DNA of 64,000 nucleotides, from NCBI GenBank assembly GCA_043228905.1, contig JBHGNT010000013.1, positions 3,038,001-3,102,000 of the forward strand, given 5' to 3'. Every line of letters begins with the position of its first letter. The first letter of the stretch is position 1. A program made the translations under genes and the position numbers. The DNA comes from Azolla caroliniana (Eukaryota > Plantae > Polypodiophyta). The notes under the pieces were generated by a model. The model worked only from the letters and a program-made list of their open reading frames with translations. It did not search any database and was not told the DNA's origin. This document shows, piece after piece, positions 39,301 to 49,900 of this stretch.

Positions 39301-41681
39301 CCGGTATTCCCCTCCGTTATCCGCTCGTATCGCTTTCAGCTGCTTGCCGGATTCTCTTTCCACTCTCGCGTGGAGTTCTTTGAAAACGCCCAACACTTGG
39401 TCCTTTGTCTTCATCGGTGCCGTCCACAGTTTTCGGCTATGATCATCGATGAATGTTACGAAGTACTGGGCTCCGCCATGTGACTTCGTTTCTACCTGAC
39501 ACACATCGGTGTGCACCAACTCCAATGGTGCTCTACGTCTCGTCGGTGGCCTTGAGTGGAAGGAGGTTCGGTTCTGCTTACCGGCCAGGCAATCGGTGCA
39601 CTTCTCCAGGTGCACATGCTTCACTGGAATAAGGTTGTCTTCTGCAAGCCTCTTCATCCCCTTCTCACTTATGTGGCACAGTCTCTTGTGCCACAACTCA
39701 CCGGCAATGTCGGCTGCCACATTCAGCTCTTCCGGACATAACCTGGCATTCATCAGGTACAGGGTGTTGTCTTTCCGGGCCCGAGCCACTATCAGGCTCC
39801 CCTTGCTGAACTTCATTACGCCGTTCCGGATGCTACCTGTGTAGCCTTCATCGTCTAGCCTCCCGGCCGAAATCAGGTTCAATCGAACTTCCGGAACGTG
39901 TCGGACATCCTTCAGCAGCATTTTGCATCCCGTCGGGGTTGTCAACCACACATCTCCTATGCCGGCAATCCGGCACGTACCTTCATTTCCCATCCGAACA
40001 CAGCCATGCTCACCGGCTGTGTAGGATGAGAAGTATCTTCTCTCCGGGGTCAGGTGGAACGATGCTCCGGAATCGACCACCCAGGTCGTCTCATCGCCGG
40101 CAATGTTTAGTTCACCTTCTTCGGTGATGACCATGATTTCTTCCTCACTTGCCGCGAGTGCCGTCGTTCCTTTCCTGTCCTGCCCTCGCCGATCCGAACC
40201 TCTCCGGTCCGTGGCTCCCCGGTATGCACCGTTTCTCTCCGGTGACTTCTTCGAATCGGGGTCGTCGGCTCCGTTGTCTTTTCGGTAATGCCGACAATTC
40301 TTTCGGAAGTGCCCCGGCTTCCCACAGTGGAAGCATGTGGGCCTTCCTCTTGACTGCGACCGGGTCCCCGACTTCTCCCGTCTTTGCGGACTCCGGTTCC
40401 ATTGTCTTCCCCGATCTGATTCGGTAAGCAGCGCCTTCGGGTCGGAGGCCGGTTCTTTATCTCTCCGACGCGCTTCCTCATTCAGAATACTCGTCTTTAC
40501 CGTTTGCAAGGACAAGTTATCTTCTGTGCAGGAGGTGCTGAGAGTCACCACCAAGTTCTCCCAGCTTTCCGGCAATGTACACATCAGGATGATGGCTTGC
40601 ATTGCATCCTCCAACGGGAACTTGATCGCCGCAAGCTGATTCACGAATCCCATGAACGTGCTTACGTGTTCCACCATACTCTCGCCGTCTCGATACTTGA
40701 GGTTCACTATCTTCCTCATCAGGGAGGTCCGGTTCAACGCATTCTTCCTCTCGTAGAGGCCCGACAGCTTCTTCCACATCTCATATGCGTTGGTGTCGTT
40801 CGCCACATGTTGTAGGACGCTTACATCGACATATTGTCGGATCGTCGCTACGGCTTTCCGGTTCAGGAGCTTCCACTCCGACTCAAGTACCCCTTTCGGT
40901 ATTTCCGACCTGTCAATCGGTTCGTACAGGTCCCGAACGATCAGAAGATCCTCCATCTTGATCTTCCAGTCGGCGTAATTCTGCGCATTCAGCACCATCA
41001 TCCCCGGCTGCCCGCTGCCGCCGCCTTCCATTTTCTGCAACAATCGCTCTGATACCAATTTGTTGAGATTCGACCGTTCAATTAACCTCCTCCACTCGGC
41101 CACAACCGAGTAATCGCGGATCAATGCAGCAGAAAATAGGAACCAAACGAAGAAACAAAACGCGAACACAAGGATTAACGTGGAAAACCCTAAATGGGAA
41201 AAAACCACGGGAGTACAAGACTCCAAACCAACACTATACAAACGAAGTATACAATGGCGAGCTGCAAGGCGACGACCTTGAGCTCGCTGTCCTCGCCACA
41301 GGCGGCGGAAGTACACAGAGGCGTCGACCTCTTCCTCTCTCTCTCTCTCGCGATCTATCTCTCTCTCTCTCACGGCTGCTCTCTCTCTTCACTCCTCTAG
41401 AGTGGAAAAAACAGAAAAATGAATAGCAACATCAAAAAATGTTTGCCCTAAGTCATATTTATACATATATGACTTTAGGGCTATTTACAACTATGGCCTC
41501 AGGGGTCCTTAGTAGACATATTCACGGATATGTCCCTGCATTCGGATCTCTCTCCGGGTACATTCGTCATCCGACTCCGAAGTCGGGGTCTTCATCATCC
41601 GGTTCCGAAACCGAAACCGGGCTGGTCGGCATTCATCTCCGATATCCGACCATCCCATCCGAAGGGACCGTAATCCCAACA
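36324..41681 (-). mobile_element. Intact, very young Ty1/Copia LTR retrotransposon (Tork / Tnt1-Tto1-like)
   Basis: LTRs 36324-36944 and 41061-41681 (621 bp each, no difference seen by eye), TG..CA ends, 5-bp TSD GTACT (36319-36323, 41682-41686), PBS-iMet 41046-41057, PPT about 36945-36957, uninterrupted ORF. Confidence 0.97.
36955..41031 (-). CDS. Gag-Pol polyprotein (1358 aa): Gag, CCHC, protease, GAG-pre-integrase, integrase, RT, RNase H
   Basis: CFHCGKPGHFRKNC; WVVDSGAS; LWHKRLCH; LVHTDVC..IRADNGGEY; QMDVKTAFLHG; LLYVDDM; ENGSDMLTK. ATG at 41031 is 15 nt after the PBS. Confidence 0.95.
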   Translation of the reverse strand: MEGGGSGQPGMMVLNAQNYADWKIKMEDLLIVRDLYEPIDRSEIPKGVLESEWKLLNRKAVATIRQYVDVSVLQHVANDTNAYEMWKKLSGLYERKNALNRTSLMRKIVNLKYRDGESMVEHVSTFMGFVNQLAAIKFPLEDAMQAIILMCTLPESWENLVVTLSTSCTEDNLSLQTVKTSILNEEARRRDKEPASDPKALLTESDRGRQWNRSPQRREKSGTRSQSRGRPTCFHCGKPGHFRKNCRHYRKDNGADDPDSKKSPERNGAYRGATDRRGSDRRGQDRKGTTALAASEEEIMVITEEGELNIAGDETTWVVDSGASFHLTPERRYFSSYTAGEHGCVRMGNEGTCRIAGIGDVWLTTPTGCKMLLKDVRHVPEVRLNLISAGRLDDEGYTGSIRNGVMKFSKGSLIVARARKDNTLYLMNARLCPEELNVAADIAGELWHKRLCHISEKGMKRLAEDNLIPVKHVHLEKCTDCLAGKQNRTSFHSRPPTRRRAPLELVHTDVCQVETKSHGGAQYFVTFIDDHSRKLWTAPMKTKDQVLGVFKELHARVERESGKQLKAIRADNGGEYRGQFQEYCRSKGIRLEFTVPKTPELNGLAERMNRTIMERVRSMLAHAKLPKGFWAEAMSTATYVINRSPSVPLDGDTPQRVWTGREVSYRHLKVFGCLAYVHVAKDRRGKLDPKTRPCIFLGYGDDEFGYRVWDPVDKKIFRSRDIIFMEDKTLADWESEKKMKSSKSTGEDKLYEEQSRPARDRLALEDPAEDGEETEPAEEDENDTGTGPDPELDSDEEEESEEPVTEASERRYPLRERRAPRRFPEPEHVLLTDEGEPESFEEAKHDTQSRRWLSAMQDEMDSLHENHTYELVELPKGKRALRNKWVFKLKPGDAGNPPRYKARIVVKGFQQKKGVDFDEIFAPVVKMTSIRTVLSIAASMDLEVEQMDVKTAFLHGDLNEEIYMQQPEGYEKKGKEHLVCRLKKSLYGLKQAPRQWYRKFDSFMTDEGYLKTQSDHCVFVKKFEGGDFLILLLYVDDMLIVGRDQVKIRMLKKALHRTFSMKDLGPARQILGMHIIRDRKKKQLWLSQEKYVTKVLHRFNMSEARPVGSTLPANCKLSSKQSPKTKAEKEDMMKVPYASAVGSLMYAMVCTRPDIGYAVGVVSRYMSNPGKEHWNAVKWILRYLKGTANVCLRFGSGKPELDGFTDSDMSADADTSRSTSGYVMTYAGGAVSWQSRLQKTVALSTTEAEYMAAVEAGKEIIWMKDFIRELGIRQEEYRLYCDSQSAIHLAKNAAYHSRTKHIQRRYHWIRERIEDKEFVLTKIHTDENGSDMLTKVLTPDKLEACRKRIGLGRHPMPK

Positions 41682-41914
41682 GTACTCCTTACCGACTCCG
41701 ACTTCCGAATCTAACCCGATGCCAGAGGATGAGGCTAGTGGGCCTGATCTGGTCCAGGTAGAGGATGATGAAGCGTGGACTCAGGATATGAGAGTCCGGA
41801 ATCGTTCCGGTTGAGCGGGCCGAACAAGAGACTGAGTCAATCTGACCAGTCTGATGAGGAACCGGCGAGTAGTGGAGACTCTGTCGTGCAAGGAACCGAG
41901 ACAACGGTTCACGC

Positions 41915-44900
41915 TGTCGCGTTGTTACGCGCGTACGTGTAGAAAGGGGCGGGACCACGGGGGTCTTGGACCGAGGAGCGAGAGAGAGAGAGACAGAGAG
42001 AGAGAAAGATTCACCGACACGTAGAAGCGAGAAAGAGAGAAACAAAACGTAACACTTAATTATAATGACAGAGATTACAAACTCCGACAGTTACAACCGA
42101 CAAAGCGGCGATGGGCCCGACACGGGGACCCTACTCACGCACACCGACGACAGTCACCGACTCAAAGAAACAAAAGGGGGAGGGGAGCGACTCTGCTGGA
42201 AGCACACGGGCTGTCCACGAAGCAGAGGCAGCGACCTCCCGACACCTGCAGAGAGCGACGATTCGAGTCGAAGAGAGAGAGCTCCGCCTTCCGTTCTACA
42301 ACAACCTCCTTCTTCCTCCTCACGCGCGATATCGTTTTTCTCTTCTCCTCTTGCCTTTATTCCCTGTCCCCCTCTGGGATACGCACAATCCCCCTCTAAT
42401 AAATGCGTGTGTCTTAGTAGTCACATTCACTGGTTCGTGTACAAAGTATCCAGTCACGCGTCCATCCGTGTAGGGGCCGGTTTACGCGCTTTCTCTCCGA
42501 TTCCGCCTATGGCCGGTTTTCTTCACGACATCCACCCCCACCAAACCGTGCATCCACCGGTATGCGCCAGAGACAGGTAGATATTGAAGAAACCCGGCCT
42601 CACTCGTTGCTCTCCGGTTCTCCGCTGGACCCGAACTAATCGTCGTTGTCGCTCCGGCTCGTCTTCGAACTGCTTTTTGAAAGCTTTGATCCGCTTTCCG
42701 GCCACCGGCACCGCTAACCGTGTCCCGTCGAGTTCCGCGAGGTGGTACGTGCCATTGCTGTTCGCGCTCGTCACCATGTAGGGCCCGAACCATCTCCTAG
42801 CAAACTTTCGCACCACCTTGTGCTGATTATCGAGGCTGCTGTCGTATACCAAGACCCAGTCGCCTTCCTCGATCTTCTTTGGTCGCAACCGGTGCGTCCG
42901 GTTGAACCGAGTCTTGTTCCGATCCCTCTCCGCTCGCAGCTTTTCCTTCGCCTGTATCACGTCCTCTGGCCTCCGCTCGAGTTGCCGAATCCGCGCCGCC
43001 ACCAACTCCTCCCGGCTCATTTCGTCCTTCCAATCTACCGCCACCCATGAAGAAACCGTCCTTTCCATCGGCATGATCGGCTTTTGTCCGTAAATTAGCT
43101 CCGCCGGCATAAACCCTGTTACCGAACTGTGCGTAGTCTGGTCCGCCTATGGCGCGTAAGGAAGGAGTCGCGACCAATTCCCGACCTGCCCACCGCATGC
43201 ACGCACCAACGCCTTCACAATCGGTCCGTGCCCACGTTCCACCTTTCCGTTCTCCTCCGGATTGTACGTCGTGGTGAGGGAGAGTTTGACGCCTAGTCGG
43301 TCAAACAGCTCCTCGGCCTCCCGCGCATTCAGCTCTCCCCGGTCCGCCACGATCCTCCCGACGCACCCGTACCGACACACTACTTCTTCGATCAGGAACC
43401 GGCATACCACCGCGGTTGTCTTGCTTTGCAGTGCACGGCCTTCCACCTGGTTCATTAAGTCTTCCCGTGCAAGCACCAGGTATCGCATCTGTCCTACCCC
43501 CATCGGCATCGTCACCAAGTCCACCATCCACTTGAAATGGACTGTAGGCGGGTAGGTCGGGTGTAGCTCGTCCCGATGTCGGACTACGGAGTGCACCTGA
43601 CAGCTTTCGCAAGTTGTTACGAACCGATGCACGTCATGGTATAGCCCCGGCCACCAGTACTTCTCCTTCAGCTTCTCGAACGTGGCCCACGTTCCGCGGT
43701 GTCCGGCCCATGGGCTCTCGTGGAATGCCGCCAGTAGTTTCCCCTGTTCTTCTTTCTTTGCCACTACTCGGAGTGGGATGCCGCTTCTCTTCTTTGGGTG
43801 TTTCCATATGCACCCGTCCCGCAGGAAGAATCAGTACGCCTTCCTCCGTATACGGCTCGCCTCCACTTTCGCCCATGCTACGTCCGGCGTCATCGTTCGT
43901 AGGAACCTCCCGATTTGGAGCCACTCCCCGTCGTACCTGTTTTCGTCAAATTCGTTAAGTGCCGGAGTGTTCCCTTTCCTTGTCGTTACGTTAGCCGACC
44001 CGAAGAAGTCCTCGCCGACCTCTTCGTCTTCCGAAACCATGCCGTCTTCGTCGTTGAACCTTGCCCTCGAAAGCATGCCGGCCATGGCGTTGTCCTTTCC
44101 GGAGATGTGCCGCATCTCCGGGTTCACGGACTTAATGTATGCTATCCACCGGAGCATTGCTAGGGCCGGCATCGTGCTTCCGGAAACCATGCCGAGTATC
44201 GGCAGGCAGTCCGTCTCGATAATCACCTCCGTCCCGATCAGATAATCCTTGTCGGCCTTAACCGCCGAAACGACACCCCAAAGTTCGCGCTTAACTTGGG
44301 CGTACCCTCGCTGCCGCTCGCTCAATACCTTCGCCCCGAACCGGATCGGGAATCGTACGCCGCCCTTGTCCTCCTGACTGATTACCCACCCGATCCCGGT
44401 CGGGCTGGTGTCCACCGTTACGCAGATGGGAACATCCTTGCCGTAAACCGCTTTACGGAGAGCCGGCGCTGCCGTAAGCGCCTCCTTTAGTCTCCGAACC
44501 GACTCCGTGTGCTCCGTCCTCCACTGAAAGCTACGCCCCTTTTTCAATAGTCCGTAGAGGGGTTCCGCGACATGTGCGTAGTGCAGGATCCAGATGTGGT
44601 AGAACGCGCATGTCCCCAAGAACCTGCGGACCTCCGTGACCGACCCGCAAACGTTCCTCATTGCGGAGATGGCCTCTACCTTTGCCGAAGACGGTTTTCT
44701 ACCGTAAGGCCCGCACAGGTGTCCGACCACCAAGATTTCCGACTGTCTGAAGGCCGACTTTTCCCCGGAGAAGGTGAGCCTCACGCGCTCTAGTCTCTGC
44801 AACACCTTCTCGCAGTCATCGATGTGGGACGCCACGAAAATTCGACAGCCGTCCGACCCGATTGCCTCATCCCTTTTCTCCATTGGGCATCCCTTGATCG

Positions 44901-45836
44901 GGATGTCGTCTAAGAACGACATGGTGATGTCCGGAATACAATCCCTGAGCACTTTGTTCATCGCGTTCACCATGTGAGCCACTGAGTTCGTCCCTCCTTG
45001 TGGCAGGGTACACATCCGCACTAGGCCGAGAGGAGTCCGCATCGTCGTAATGTCTCTGCTCTCCATGGCTAGTTGGAACTGATCGTACCCCGAGTACAGA
45101 TCACCGACAGAATAGATCGACCTTCCAGCGAAGGCCTCCGCGAACTCGTCTATGGTCGGTCCGATCCCTGCATTACGGATGGTCACCTTCTTGACCGGTT
45201 GTAGGTCCTGGATGAAGCGTAGTGTGCCGTTCTTCTTCGGCACCGTAAACCACCGATTCGAATACGGGGCACTCGACGGTTCGAGGATGCCCATCTCCAT
45301 CTTTTGCTTTAGGAGCTCCATCAACTTCGGGATGTGAGCTCTTGGCACCGGAATCGGCTTGAGATTCCACGGTACATGCGGTACCGTGAAGATCACCATC
45401 GGTTCAACAACTGTTGGGTCTATGCACCCGATCTCCTCCGGTGAGAATGCGAAAGCCTTCCCGTGCCTTCCGAGCATTCTCTGAAACCCGTCCTCCTCCG
45501 CCGGCAGTAGGAAGCTGCCCCCATCGACCTTGAGCTCCCATAGCGTTATGTCGGTGAACTGGTGCCCTATGCCAGCCAGATTCCGTAAACTTGGGTCCGA
45601 CGCGACCCCTTTTATCCGCTCCTCGCTGCCCTCCGGCAAGGGTGCCGCGACTAGCCTCACCTTCCGGTCCACAGTCTTGTATTTCGTATCCACGCGGGCC
45701 GTCCGATCCGACCCGATCCTTTCCCCGAAGTCCGCGATGACTTCGTACATTCCCATCGATCCTACCGGAACGGTCCGGTCTTCTCTAAGGTCTTCATCGA
45801 TCACCTTTCGTAGTTCGCCCAAGGTGTCGTCAAAAG
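41915..45836 (-). mobile_element. 3' half of tRNA-Trp-primed Ty3/Gypsy element G1 (RT, RNase H, integrase, PPT, 3' LTR 41915-42530)
   Basis: RFIQDLQPV..GDLYSGYDQF..LPQGGTNSVAHM..FLDDIPIKG; VDTSPTGIGW; FHESPWAGHRG..CESC; WFGPY; PPT tgggggtgga at 42531-42540; LTR TGTCGTGAAG...ACAACGCGACA. Confidence 0.9.
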
Positions 45837-45839
45837 GCG

Positions 45840-46942
45840 ACGGGCCCGACGGATCGGCAGACTGCCGACATCTTCACCAAGCCTCTTGGTCTGGACAAGT
45901 TGCGGCAATTCTCAGGTGCACTCGGATTGTGTCACCTTGACGTGCCAAACATGATGGGGAGAACAGTCCTGAACGACCAAGCAAGGCAGCAGGAAAGGAG
46001 CGGAGACCGCGACACCGAGTTGGTTGACTCGGCTGTCGAGTTCGACTTCGGATCGGCTGAAGAAGCCGAGGGCAGACCCGCGGAAAAGTCCGGAAGCGGA
46101 CAAAAGGGGAGCAGCCGAAGGAGAGAGCCGAAGCCAACCACGCATGGGGAAGATGACGCCATCGAGGGCGAGAAGACCGAGGACGAGTTGGAGAGAGCCA
46201 ACTCGGACAAGGGCGAAAACCGATCGGAGGTAGCCGAGTCGGTTCGGATGTTTGACTTAGATACGCTGAATCAACTGAGGCCCAAACGGAAGAAAAGGCA
46301 GCAAGAGAAGCGTCAACACCGCAACAGCAGAAGAGCTGATAAGGGCCACATGAGCAGACAAGCCGACTAGAAGGGTCAAAGCGCGCGGAGTCGAACAGGT
46401 CGTGGAGCGCGAGCGCAGCGTGAAGCCAGGAGGAACCGGAGCTGTGAGCCTGAAGATCCTGAAGAGCCTCAAGTTGAGCTTGAGGGGGAGTGTTGAGAGA
46501 CAAGCTCAACATCGGCCGGATCAGCTGAAGAAGCCGAGGACCAGATTGGTTGGGACCGATCGGTTAGGCCGAATGCATAAACCGGTACACAGACCGGTGC
46601 GTAGGTAGGGCCGGATCGGTGCGTAAACCGGGAGGCCGTTAGGAAAGATATTCCGTGAGGAATATATTTGGGAGTTAGTGTAGGAGCTCTTAATGAGCAT
46701 TGAAGTACTGTCAGTACTTCGGTCAGTGCTTCTAGGACTTGTATAAAAGTGTTCATTGAACACACATATTTATATAGTGGTGAGTAGATATTGAGTATTG
46801 TTTTTGAATATAGTTCTTGTGTTTCTCTCTCACTCTCTCTGTCTCTCCCGCGTATACTGCGTAAACTCAAGCTCTCCATTAAACCTGAGTTTTCTTCATT
46901 TTGTTCGGTCTTCATACTTGCTTCCGCACATTACTTTTTACA
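45840..46942 (+). mobile_element. 3' end of Copia element C3 (RNase H end, charged extension, PPT, 3' LTR 46491-46942)
   Basis: QTADIFTKPLGLDKLRQF; PPT ttgagggggag at 46480-46490. LTR related to, but distinct from, the C2 LTR. Inserted into G2 RT. Confidence 0.85.
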
Positions 46943-49900
46943 CGCCCTCCACTCAAAGCTACGCCCCTTTTTCAATAGTCCGTAGAGGGGATCCGCGACA
47001 TGCACTTAGTGTGGGATCCAGATGTGATAGAACGCGCATGCACCCAAGAATCTACGAACCTCCATAACCGACCCGCTATCGTTCCTCATCGCGGAGATGG
47101 CCTCTACCTTTTCTAGAGACGGTTTCCTACCGTAAGGCCCGCACAGGTGTCCGACCACCAGGATCTCTGACTGCCCAAACGCCGATTTTTCTCCGGAGAA
47201 GGTCAGTCATGCGCTCTCGAGCTTCTGCAGCACCTTCTCGCAGTTGTTGATGTGGTTCATGACAAACCTCCGACATCCGTCTGGCCTGACAGTCTCGTCC
47301 GCATCTTCCACCGGACACCCCTTTATCGGGATGTCGTCCAAGAATGGCATGGTGATGTCTGGGATGCAGTCCCTCAGCACCTTGTTCATTGCGTTCACCA
47401 TATGCGCCACCGAATTCGTCTCACCTTGTGGTAGGGTACACATCCGTACTAGGCTGAGAGGAGTTCGCATCGTCGTGATATCCCTGCTCTCCACGGCTAG
47501 CTGGAACTGGTCGTACCCCGAGTATAAGTCACCAACCGAATAGATCGACCTTCGAGCTAAGGCCTCCGCGAACTCATCTATGATCGGTCCAATTCTTGCG
47601 TTAGGGATGGTCACCTTGTTGACCGGTTGCAGGTCCTGAATGAAGTGCAGCGTGACGTTCTTCTTTGGTACCGTAAACCACCGATTCGAATATGGGGCAC
47701 TCGACGGTTCGAGGATGCCCATCTCCCTCTTTTGCTTCAAAAGCTCCATCAACTTCGGGATGTGAGCTGTCGGCACCGGAATCGGTTTGAGATTCCACGG
47801 TACATGCGGTACCGTGAAGATCACCATCGGTTCGACAATCGTCGGGTCCACGCACCTGATCTCCCTCGGCGAGAACACGAAGGCTTTCCCATGCCTTCCG
47901 AGCATTCTCCGAAACCTGTTCTCCTCCGTCGGCAGTAGAAAGCCACCCCCACCAACCTTGAGCTCCCGTAGCGTTATGTCGATGAACCGGTGCCCTATGC
48001 CAGCCGTATTTCGTAAACTTGGGTCCGACGCAACCCCTTTTATCCGCTCCTCGCTACCCTCCGGCAAGGGTGCCGCAACCAGCCTCACCTTCCGGTCCAC
48101 AGTCTTGTACTTTGCACCCACACGGGCCGTCTGATCCGACCCGATCCTTTCCCCGAAGTCCGCGATGACTTTGTACATTCCCATCGAACCTACCGGAACA
48201 GTCCGGTCTTCTCTAAGTTCTTCACCGATCACCTTCCCCAACTCGCCCAAGGTGTCGTCAAAAGAGACCGCCTCCACGGCGCCGCTGATCTCTTCGTCGG
48301 GGGAGAGGACTCCGCATCCCCTGAGCCGCTCCTCCGCTCGCTTCCTTTCCCGGCCACTGACGCCGGCTATAGTACAACCTCCATTTTCGGAGAACCAAAG
48401 CTTCCTACCTACTGTACATGTGTGGGGTTCTTCCGATACGTCCGGACAACCGCGGCCCCACGCCTTGATAGCCCTCTCTAAAAATCCCCTCGGCTGTTGC
48501 CGCCGAGAGTCTCGCGATTCCTCTCATGATTCGGACGTACGGTCATGAATTGGACGAAATGCCGACCGTCCTGGTTTTTGACACACACGTACGCCGAACC
48601 GTTGTGCAGCACCTTCGTCTCCATGTGTGCTGTCGTAATGTATGGTTCGCCGAGAATCACCGGGTGCGAGGATGTTTCCTGCACGAAGAAATGTTGAAAT
48701 ATCTCGATGTCACCGACCTTCACGCGTATATTCGGGCACGCACCATGCAGCTCCTCCGTAGCACGCATCGCCGCACGTATCTTCCACCCATGCTTGGTCT
48801 TGATCGGCCATTTACCCTTCTTGTAGAAATCCATGGACATCAGGTTGATTTCGGATCCATGGTCTACCAAGGCCACCACCGGTTCCGGAACGTCGCCGAT
48901 CCACACAGGGGTTTCCATAGTTGCCCTGGCCCAATGCGGCTTCGCGTAGTGGCTTTCTGCCAACCCATCTTCTAGGGTCGTGTCTTCTAAGTGCGTAGTC
49001 CGCACCTCCACCGGCTTCTCCGGTTCCGGCTCCGTCAAGAGCCTCTTCCGCTTCACCAAGTCTACGATGGAGTCGTGGAACTCCCTCTTGGCGATTCCCA
49101 GCGCCTCCCGCAACGACAACTCCACTTTACTGTCGAGGATCTGCTTTTCAAGCACCTTCCGTAGATCCGTTGCTCTCTCGATTTCGATGGTCAACCGAAA
49201 CCCCGCCCGCTTCTTTCCGTCCGGCGCGCCTGGGTTGCCGGCACCGGTCGGTTTCGGTCCAAACCGGGTCTCGTACCTCTGCGGGGGGCCGACCCCTCCG
49301 GCCTTTCCTACCCATTTGTCTTCCACTAGAACCTCGTAGTTTTGGCAAGCGGCTTCTACGAAGCCCGTTTTCTCTTTGACCAGATCGTCCCATCCGGTGA
49401 CCTCCTGGACCCGTTGTTCCGCGCGGTCCGCCTCTTCCTTCTTCAGCCGAACTTCGGAGAGGCCTTCTAGCGGCCAGAATCCGGAGTCCTTCGCCTTCCG
49501 GGTCTCATCATCCCTGACCCGAATTCCCGCCGACACTGAGTAGTTAACGGCTTCAACGTGCCGTGCCGCGGCCTCTTCCATCAACCTCTTCATTCCATCA
49601 TGCCCCGTATTTAGTTCTAGGGCTCTTTGGGTCTCGCTCGCGTGCACCCCCCGTTCCAGAGGTACACCACGTTGGTCCTGAGCGCGTCGGCGAAATCCGC
49701 GCAATCCTTCTGAATGTGACCAATCGCGTCACACCACATGCACCGCTGCCCAGCCGGCGGCCTCCGGTCGCGAGGTTGTTCGCCGTTGTCCCTCCGTGCC
49801 TGTGCGATCTGCAGGTCGCGCACCATTTGTGTCAGCTCCTCCGAATGGGCCTCTGACCAGGTCATTCGGTGCCGACCCCGACTCCAGCCAAATTCGGGTC

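Larger units (their letters stand above)
33553..41914 (+). mobile_element. Copia element C2 (5' LTR 33553-33967, PBS, gag, protease, integrase), interrupted by the intact Tork element and cut at 41915
   Basis: TGTTGAG...TTTACA LTR; PBS TGGTATCAGAGC at 33968-33979; EKLDRSNYASW; WYVDSGVSNHMT; LWHKRIGH..IHSDVWGP..LRSDGGKEY. Stops and frameshifts present. Confidence 0.92.

Noticed and set aside
33553-46942. C2 5' LTR and C3 3' LTR as ends of one Copia
   Set aside because: They are similar only in blocks (415 vs 452 bp) and have no shared TSD.
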